A stretch of 32,000 bases of DNA from an uncultured Bacilli bacterium (GTDB lineage: Bacteria; Bacillota_I; Bacilli_A; RF39; UBA660), in NCBI GenBank assembly GCA_934101595.1, contig CAKORR010000004.1, positions 99,050-131,049 of the forward strand, given 5' to 3'. The position numbers and the translations under genes are program-made. Within the stretch, counting starts at the first letter, position 1. Each line of letters opens with the position of its first letter. This document shows, piece by piece, positions 9,041 through 14,878 of this stretch. The notes beneath the pieces were generated by a model that was not told the DNA's origin, searched no databases, and saw nothing but the letters and a program-made list of their open reading frames with translations.

Positions 9041-10356
9041 AAAAGAATATTAAATACATAATACTAATATTTTTAATGATGATAGTATTTAATGATCCCG
9101 TTTATGCATCAATTAAAGATAATTCTGGCTGCTATAAAGTTCATCAACTTAATTCCATATTTTCTTCTACAAATTACTATAGAACTAATTTTTACGTCGA
9201 TGATGATTATTACTATTTTGTTTCTTGTGACAAAAACAATAAAATTAAATCATTAGAAGATAAATTAAATGATGGCTCATTATCTATTGATAGTCTAGCA
9301 AAATATAGTATTACTTATATAAAAATTGCGTCAGATACCATGGAAAATGTAAAAAATATACTTGAAAATATCATGATACCAGAAATAGATTCCCATGTTT
9401 ATGGTGATTATAGCCAAATTTTAAGTGGGATTTCCATGACTATGTTTGATGTAGATACTCCAAAAGATTTCTCAATTAAAATTGATTTTGTGCTAGATAA
9501 CCTAAGTAATAGTATTACTTTTAGAGTTGTGGATGGTGAATATCTAAAATACTTAAGTGCGGTCAAAACAAGTAAGAATGCTTCTTTTGTAATAGAAAAA
9601 ATTTATTTAAATATTTTAAATTCTATTGCTTGGAAAAGTGGCTATACTAGTAATGAGGGTGCAGTAGTTTATTCTTTAAAAAATAAAAACAGTTACACTT
9701 ATTCTGCAAATGGTTTTGAGATAGGCTCAGAAGAGTCATTTAAAATAAATTTAAATAAAGTTGATTTTTCAAATAATTTTGGTAGTGAGGAATATCAAGA
9801 AAAAATTAGCTTTTTATACAGATTTATGAGTTATGCTGTTGCTGATTATCGCTCTTTATACAGATTTATGAGTTATGCTGATTATTGCTCTTTGGACGAA
9901 TTAAAATGTCAATTTTATAACGATTTAGGAGATAATATATATACAATTGACTTTAATAATAATAAAATACACGGCTATTCAAATAATTTGGACATAAATA
10001 AAGAAAATGAAAAATTAGTAAGAAATATAATTAATAAATTTGTATATGTATATAGTTTCCGTGATTATAGTTTCCTTGAAGATGGCACAACAAGAAACTT
10101 TATTGATTTTACTACGACAAATTTAAAAGACTATAATTTCAAAAAAAATGGTATTGAGTATAGAGAGGTTGATAAAAATAAAAAAGAAACCTATTCATTT
10201 TATTTTAATTTTAACAATGTCTCTTTAAATATAAGCAATGATGATTATGAGATAAGTAATTTTAATTTAAGAGATATAATTATAATAGGTGTAATTGCAT
10301 CTTGTTTATTAATATCTACTATAATATTAATATTGAAACGTAAGAAAAGCAAATAA
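9037..10356 (+). CDS. Type-I membrane-anchored surface protein, paralog family A (copy 2)
   Basis: ATGA overlap with the previous gene. Signal peptide (..NDPVYA|SIKDNSGC), shared motifs as above, C-terminal TM IIIIGVIASCLLISTIILIL plus KRKKSK. Confidence 0.8.
   Translation: MKKNIKYIILIFLMMIVFNDPVYASIKDNSGCYKVHQLNSIFSSTNYYRTNFYVDDDYYYFVSCDKNNKIKSLEDKLNDGSLSIDSLAKYSITYIKIASDTMENVKNILENIMIPEIDSHVYGDYSQILSGISMTMFDVDTPKDFSIKIDFVLDNLSNSITFRVVDGEYLKYLSAVKTSKNASFVIEKIYLNILNSIAWKSGYTSNEGAVVYSLKNKNSYTYSANGFEIGSEESFKINLNKVDFSNNFGSEEYQEKISFLYRFMSYAVADYRSLYRFMSYADYCSLDELKCQFYNDLGDNIYTIDFNNNKIHGYSNNLDINKENEKLVRNIINKFVYVYSFRDYSFLEDGTTRNFIDFTTTNLKDYNFKKNGIEYREVDKNKKETYSFYFNFNNVSLNISNDDYEISNFNLRDIIIIGVIASCLLISTIILILKRKKSK
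9809..9889 (+). repeat. In-frame tandem duplication (42 nt then about 39 nt) inside the surface-protein gene
   Basis: gctttttatacagatttatgagttatgctgttgctgattatc (9809-9850) is followed by gctctttatacagatttatgagttatgctg---attattgctc (9851-9889). The protein reads SFLYRFMSYAVADYR / SLYRFMSYADYCS. Confidence 0.9.
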
Positions 10357-10362
10357 GAATAT

Positions 10363-10415
10363 AAGCAGGAAAGAGTAGTATTTTAATCAAAATAATACAA
10401 TTTCTTGCTTTTATT
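10363..10415 (+). terminator. Long imperfect hairpin plus U-rich tail; probable terminator of the surface-protein operon
   Basis: aagcaggaaa (10363-10372) pairs with tttcttgctt (10401-10410), 10 bp with one G-U. There is an inner tatttt/aaaata stem, followed by ttatt. Confidence 0.45.
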
Positions 10416-10442
10416 ATGCTCAAAATAAGATATTAAATATAA

Positions 10443-10470
10443 TTGAAAAAAAGAAAATATGTGCTAGAAT
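10443..10470 (+). promoter_or_regulatory. Promoter of ATPase paralog A
   Basis: TTGAAA (10443-10448), 16-nt spacer ending in TGc (extended -10), TAGAAT (10465-10470). GAGGTG RBS at 10478-10483, ATG at 10489. Confidence 0.55.
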
Positions 10471-10488
10471 ATAGCTCGAGGTGTTTTA

Positions 10489-12378
10489 ATGGGGGATCAG
10501 GGATTAACTTTATTGTCTGAAGGACAAATTTGGGGAAATGATAGTGAACCCCAATTAGAAGTAATTAGAAAATATGGCGTAAGAGCTGCATTTACCGATT
10601 TATGTGCTTTAACAGGAGGCCATATGTATGACGATACCTGTTTAAATGTTAATGAAGATAACACTTTAGAAGGAAGAAGCGGTTGGTTTTGGACTAAGAC
10701 TTGCAAGGAAAATTGTGTTTGTGTTGTTGTCAAAAATGGCACCAAAAGCACTAGAAATAGTTATTCGAGTGGTTGCGCAGTTAGGCCAATATTACAATCT
10801 TCCCAAATATTTTCTCGAATTACGCAAAACAGAGTAAGGGGATACAATGGAACAGAAGAAGTAGAATATGGGGAATATCCTCAAAATGTTCCAGACTTCA
10901 AAAAGCAAAATGCACTATGGGCAGAATATAATAGGGGAATGAGTAAAACCGGTAGAAGTTATACATTCAACTCAACAAAGTTTGATGGTAAAAAAACCGA
11001 GATCAATATAGATACATATGCCGAGTATGAATTTCAAGGAAAAAAATATATTCTTGTAAAAGCTAATTTTTATTCTTCTGTTTTTGAATGCGTTTTATCT
11101 AATGGCATCAAATATAAAAAAGATGATTATGTCTGGGTAGAAGTATCACCAGTTAAGTGGCTTATAGATGATAATACAGGAATTTTAATTTCAAAAAAAG
11201 GGCTTGTTTCTGGAGTGACGTTTCTTGATAAAAAGAAACAATATAAAGGAAACTTTAGCAAAACCAAAATGAAAGATTATCTTGATAACTACATGTTTCA
11301 TGATTTAACGCAAAACATATCACCTATTCAAGAAGAAAATTTAGAGGGGCAATTAAAGGAAGAGAAAAACGTCTATAATTTTAATATGAATAAAGTAAGT
11401 GAAGAAGAAATTATAAGAGGAGCAATAGAAAGTGGTGTGGCAGTATTCTTGCATGGACCATCTAGTGAAGGTAAATCAGCAAGGGTAAAACAAATAGATC
11501 CAACTTGTGAAATTATTTATTTAAGAAATGCAACACCGGATAGTTTAAACGGGAAAAGCGTGTATAATGCAAGTACCGGAGAAATGATTGATGTTAAACC
11601 ATCATGGCTTAAAAAACTTGAAGCTAAATGTGAACAAGAGCCAGAAAGACTTCATGTATTATTTTTAGATGAAATAACTAATGCTCTACCTAGTATACAA
11701 GGAATGGCATTTAATATAGTCTTGAATGGAGAAGTAAATGGCATTTGGAAATTGCCAGAAAACGCTAGAATTGTAGCAGCAGGAAATGATATGAAAGATT
11801 CATTAGCTGCAAATCAATTGGCAGAACCATTGTTTAATAGATTTGCACATGTATATATTAAAACAACAACTGAAAGTTGGTTAAAGTGGGCCAGTGAAAA
11901 TAATATACATCCAGCAATTTATTCATATATTGCTTATAAGAATGGAGAAACACTCCGAAGTAAATATGATGGTGAATATCCTAATGCTGATCCGAGAAAG
12001 TGGGAAATGGCTTCTAAAATGCTCTATAAAACCGGGAGGCCAGAAATGTTAAGGGCATTAGTAGGTGAAGATATAACAAGGGAATTTGTACAATTTTATA
12101 ATCAAAGAGTAATAACATTAGATGATGTAATAAATGGAAATTATAATGATAAAGATGTACAGGGATTAAATACCGCTGAAAGATATGCTACAACCATGGG
12201 ATTATCTTGTGTTAGCGAAGAAAATTTAGAAGTAGTAAGGGATTTTGCGAATATACTAGGCAAAGAATTTAAGACAGTTTTTGATTCTTTATGGACACAT
12301 GGCGATGAAAAAAGGTTAGAAAGACTTGCCGAAGCAAAACTTGCTGAAATGCAAAAAGGCGTTTCAAGAAAGCTATGA
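10489..12378 (+). CDS. MoxR-like AAA+ ATPase with a roughly 300-aa variable N-terminal domain (paralog A)
   Basis: Walker A GPSSEGKS (11455-11478), Walker B HVLFLDEITNA (MoxR-like DEIxxA), sensor-1 IVAAGN, LAEPLFNRF (compare MoxR LPEAQLDRF). The N-terminus carries LLSEGQ..RAA.TD....GWFWTKT....AVRPIL and VWVEVSPVKWLID..GIL(I/V)SKKGL, which resembles the DUF6273-type module (from memory). Confidence 0.85.
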   Translation: MGDQGLTLLSEGQIWGNDSEPQLEVIRKYGVRAAFTDLCALTGGHMYDDTCLNVNEDNTLEGRSGWFWTKTCKENCVCVVVKNGTKSTRNSYSSGCAVRPILQSSQIFSRITQNRVRGYNGTEEVEYGEYPQNVPDFKKQNALWAEYNRGMSKTGRSYTFNSTKFDGKKTEINIDTYAEYEFQGKKYILVKANFYSSVFECVLSNGIKYKKDDYVWVEVSPVKWLIDDNTGILISKKGLVSGVTFLDKKKQYKGNFSKTKMKDYLDNYMFHDLTQNISPIQEENLEGQLKEEKNVYNFNMNKVSEEEIIRGAIESGVAVFLHGPSSEGKSARVKQIDPTCEIIYLRNATPDSLNGKSVYNASTGEMIDVKPSWLKKLEAKCEQEPERLHVLFLDEITNALPSIQGMAFNIVLNGEVNGIWKLPENARIVAAGNDMKDSLAANQLAEPLFNRFAHVYIKTTTESWLKWASENNIHPAIYSYIAYKNGETLRSKYDGEYPNADPRKWEMASKMLYKTGRPEMLRALVGEDITREFVQFYNQRVITLDDVINGNYNDKDVQGLNTAERYATTMGLSCVSEENLEVVRDFANILGKEFKTVFDSLWTHGDEKRLERLAEAKLAEMQKGVSRKL

Positions 12379-12479
12379 AAGATAAAAGAGAAATGTTTTT
12401 ATCATATATTAAAGCTAATGTGATTGATAAAATTGATTTGATTTCTAAAAAAAATAAGAATATAAGCAGGAAAGAGTAG
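12375..12479 (+). pseudogene. Truncated, internally deleted remnant of the 130-aa AAA-like gene, left at the duplication junction
   Basis: MKDKREMFLSYIKANV|IDKIDLISKK matches codons 1-16 and about 73-82 of the intact gene at 14476. A 168-nt in-frame deletion (equivalent to 14523-14690) is flanked by gt microhomology. The frame then reads into duplicated intergenic sequence and stops at TAG 12477-12479. Confidence 0.75.
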
Positions 12480-12516
12480 TATTTTAATCAAAATAATACA
12501 ATTTCTTGCTTTTATT
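12464..12516 (+). terminator. Duplicated copy of the 10363-10415 hairpin; would insulate paralog A from paralog B
   Basis: Sequence identical to 10363-10415 at an offset of 2101. Confidence 0.4.
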
Positions 12517-12543
12517 ATGCTCAAAATAAGATATTAAATATAA

Positions 12544-12571
12544 TTGAAAAAAAGAAAATATGTGCTAGAAT
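12544..12571 (+). promoter_or_regulatory. Promoter of ATPase paralog B and downstream genes
   Basis: Identical copy of 10443-10470: TTGAAA, 16 nt, TGcTAGAAT. Confidence 0.55.
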
Positions 12572-12589
12572 ATAGCTCGAGGTGTTTTA

Positions 12590-14479
12590 ATGGGGGATCA
12601 GGGATTAACTTTATTGTCTGAAGGACAAATTTGGGGAAATGATAGTGAACCCCAATTAGAAGTAATAAAAAAATACGGCGTAAGAGCTGCAGTCACGGAT
12701 CTATGTATTTTAACTGGTTGTTTTTTATTTGAAAATACTGAAACTGGTAGAACTGGTTTGTTTTGGACTAAATCTGATGCTGGTGATAGTGATGTCTATT
12801 CAGTTGTTGAGAATGGTTATAAAAGCATCATATGTAGTTTTGCACGCCGTGGTGCAGTTAGGCCAATATTACGATCTTCTGAAATATCTTCTCAAATTAC
12901 ACAAAACAGAGTAAGGGGATACAATGGAACAGAAGAAGTAGAATATGGGGAGTATCCTCAAAATGCTGCGGATTCAAGAATGCAAAATATACTAGAGTTA
13001 GAATATAATAGGGGAATGTATAAAACAGGAAGAAGTTACACATTTAATTCTATGAAATATGATGACTATAGTACAGGATTTAAACCTGTAACTTATGAAG
13101 AATATGAATATCAAGGAAAAAAATATATTCGTATAAAAGCTAACTTTCAAACCCCTGAAAAATATAAACTATCCAATGGTATTGAATACGAAATTGATGA
13201 CTATGTCTGGGTGGAAGTGTCACCAGTTAAGTGGCTTATAGATGAAGATACAGGAATTTTAGTTTCAAAAAAAGGTTTACTTTCTGGTATAAGATTTGAT
13301 GGTACTAATTATAAAGGTGATTTTGATAGAACAGAAATGAAAAAATACCTTGATAACTACATGCTTCGAGATTTATCTCAAATTATAACATATGCTAGTG
13401 TTCAAGATATGGCCCCAGAAGAAAAAGCTCAATTTGAAAAAAAACAAAAAGAAGCTGAAATAAGAAGAAATCCTTATGGTTTTAAATTTGAACAAGTAAG
13501 CGAAGAAGAAATTATAAGAGGAGCAATAGAAAGTGGTGTGGCAGTATTCTTGCATGGACCATCTAGTGAAGGTAAATCAGCAAGAGTAAAACAAATAGAT
13601 CCAACTTGTGAAATAATATACCTTCGTAATGCAACACCAGATAGTTTAAATGGAAAGAGTGTGTATAATAGTGCAACAGGTGAGATGATAGATATTAAAC
13701 CAAGTTGGCTTAAAAAAGTAGAAGAAAAGTGTGAAAATGGACCAGATAGATTTCATGTAGTATTTTTTGATGAAATAACAAATGCATTACCAAGTATTCA
13801 AGGTATAGCATTTAATATAGTTTTAGATAGAGAAGTAAATGGTATTTGGAAACTACCAGAAAACGCTAGAATTGTAGCAGCAGGAAATGATATGAAAGAG
13901 TCATTAGCTGCCAATCAATTGGCAGAACCATTGTTCAATAGATTTGCACATGTATATATTAAAACAACAACTGAAAGTTGGTTAAAGTGGGCCAGTGAAA
14001 ATAATATACATCCAGCAATTTATTCATACATTGCTTATAAGAATGGAAAAACACTACGAAGTAAATATGATGGTGAATATCCAAATGCTGATCCTAGAAA
14101 ATGGGAAATGGCATCTAAAATGCTTTATAAAACCGGTAGTCCAGAAATGTTAAGGGCATTAGTAGGTGAAGATATAACAAGAGAATTTGTAAAATTTTGT
14201 AATCAAAAAGTAATAACATTAGATGATGTAATAAATGGAAATTATAATGATAAGGATATACAGGAATTAAATACCGCTGAAAGATATGCCACAATCATGG
14301 GATTATCTTGTGTTAGCGAAGAAAATTTAGAAGTAGTAAGGGATTTTGCAAATATACTAGGCAAAGAATTTAAAACAATTTTTGATTCTTTATGGACACA
14401 TGGTGATGAAAAAAGGTTAGAAAGACTTGCCGAAGCAAAACTTGCTGAAATGCAAAAAGGAGTTTCAAGAAAGCTATGA
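12590..14479 (+). CDS. MoxR-like AAA+ ATPase with a variable N-terminal domain (paralog B)
   Basis: Same 629-aa architecture as paralog A. Walker A at 13556-13579, VVFFDEITNA, IVAAGN, LAEPLFNRF. The C-terminal half is nearly identical to A at protein level; the N-terminal half is diverged in patches with indels. Confidence 0.85.
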   Translation: MGDQGLTLLSEGQIWGNDSEPQLEVIKKYGVRAAVTDLCILTGCFLFENTETGRTGLFWTKSDAGDSDVYSVVENGYKSIICSFARRGAVRPILRSSEISSQITQNRVRGYNGTEEVEYGEYPQNAADSRMQNILELEYNRGMYKTGRSYTFNSMKYDDYSTGFKPVTYEEYEYQGKKYIRIKANFQTPEKYKLSNGIEYEIDDYVWVEVSPVKWLIDEDTGILVSKKGLLSGIRFDGTNYKGDFDRTEMKKYLDNYMLRDLSQIITYASVQDMAPEEKAQFEKKQKEAEIRRNPYGFKFEQVSEEEIIRGAIESGVAVFLHGPSSEGKSARVKQIDPTCEIIYLRNATPDSLNGKSVYNSATGEMIDIKPSWLKKVEEKCENGPDRFHVVFFDEITNALPSIQGIAFNIVLDREVNGIWKLPENARIVAAGNDMKESLAANQLAEPLFNRFAHVYIKTTTESWLKWASENNIHPAIYSYIAYKNGKTLRSKYDGEYPNADPRKWEMASKMLYKTGSPEMLRALVGEDITREFVKFCNQKVITLDDVINGNYNDKDIQELNTAERYATIMGLSCVSEENLEVVRDFANILGKEFKTIFDSLWTHGDEKRLERLAEAKLAEMQKGVSRKL

Positions 14480-14868
14480 AAGATAAAAGAGAACTGCTTT
14501 TATCATATATTAAAGCTAATGTTGCACCAATATTAGTAGATTTTATATCTGGTGGAGATTTGAATGGTGCAGTTGTAGTACCAGCTAGTGTTGATGTTAA
14601 AGAATTAAATGGTCATTATGATGGAGCGGACTTTATGCCTCCTAAATGGCTTAATGAAATATTAAGTACAAATGCTAGTAAAATATTAGTGATTGATAAA
14701 ATTGATTCGATTTCTAAAAAAGAGCAATTAAAGTTTTGTGAATTGTTAGAGCATCGAAAAATATCTACATTTGAATTACCTGAAAATTGTATAATTATTG
14801 TTACTGCAAATGAAATAAATAAAGATAAAATAAGTGAAGAAATATTTTCGTTAGTTGTGCGAATTTGA
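14476..14868 (+). CDS. 130-aa degenerate AAA-core paralog (pseudo-ATPase: no Walker A Lys, no Walker B Glu, no Arg finger)
   Basis: ATGA overlap with paralog B. It aligns by eye to the ATPase core: APILVDFISGGDLNGA vs VAVFLHGPSSEGKSA; PPKWL vs KPSWL; ILVIDKIDS vs VLFLDEITN; ELPENCIIIVTAN vs KLPENARIVAAGN. Confidence 0.7.
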   Translation: MKDKRELLLSYIKANVAPILVDFISGGDLNGAVVVPASVDVKELNGHYDGADFMPPKWLNEILSTNASKILVIDKIDSISKKEQLKFCELLEHRKISTFELPENCIIIVTANEINKDKISEEIFSLVVRI

Positions 14869-14878
14869 GGTGTATTTT

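Larger units (their letters stand above)
10351..12451 (+). repeat. Copy 1 of a roughly 2.1-kb direct tandem duplication (terminator, promoter, ATPase gene, remnant of the downstream gene)
   Basis: 10351-10566 is identical by eye to 12452-12667, a constant offset of 2101 nt. Homology continues through the whole ATPase gene with variable identity. The junction lies in the A-run 12447-12454. Confidence 0.9.
12452..14721 (+). repeat. Copy 2 of the tandem duplication (right end lies inside the intact small gene)
   Basis: See copy 1. The right boundary is defined by where the remnant stops matching (tttctaaaaaa|gagc at 14711-14722). Confidence 0.9.

Noticed and set aside
12729-12914. 61-aa plus-strand ORF in an alternative frame inside ATPase paralog B.
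   Set aside because: It is embedded in a strongly supported longer frame, has no RBS, and its composition is typical of an off-frame read.
10351-14721. The 2.1-kb direct repeats as an insertion sequence, composite transposon or CRISPR-like array.
   Set aside because: There is no transposase or integrase, no terminal inverted repeats and no short regular repeat-spacer periodicity. The unit is a promoter plus a cellular gene, and the junction shows a simple head-to-tail duplication.
14855-14878. ORF-track upstream starts: TTG 14855 for the VWA gene, and likewise 18520, 21109, 21677 and 27543 for other genes.
   Set aside because: In each case a downstream ATG with a properly spaced GGAGG/GAGGTG/AAGGA RBS gives a more plausible N-terminus. 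The longer forms would overlap the preceding gene or its RBS.
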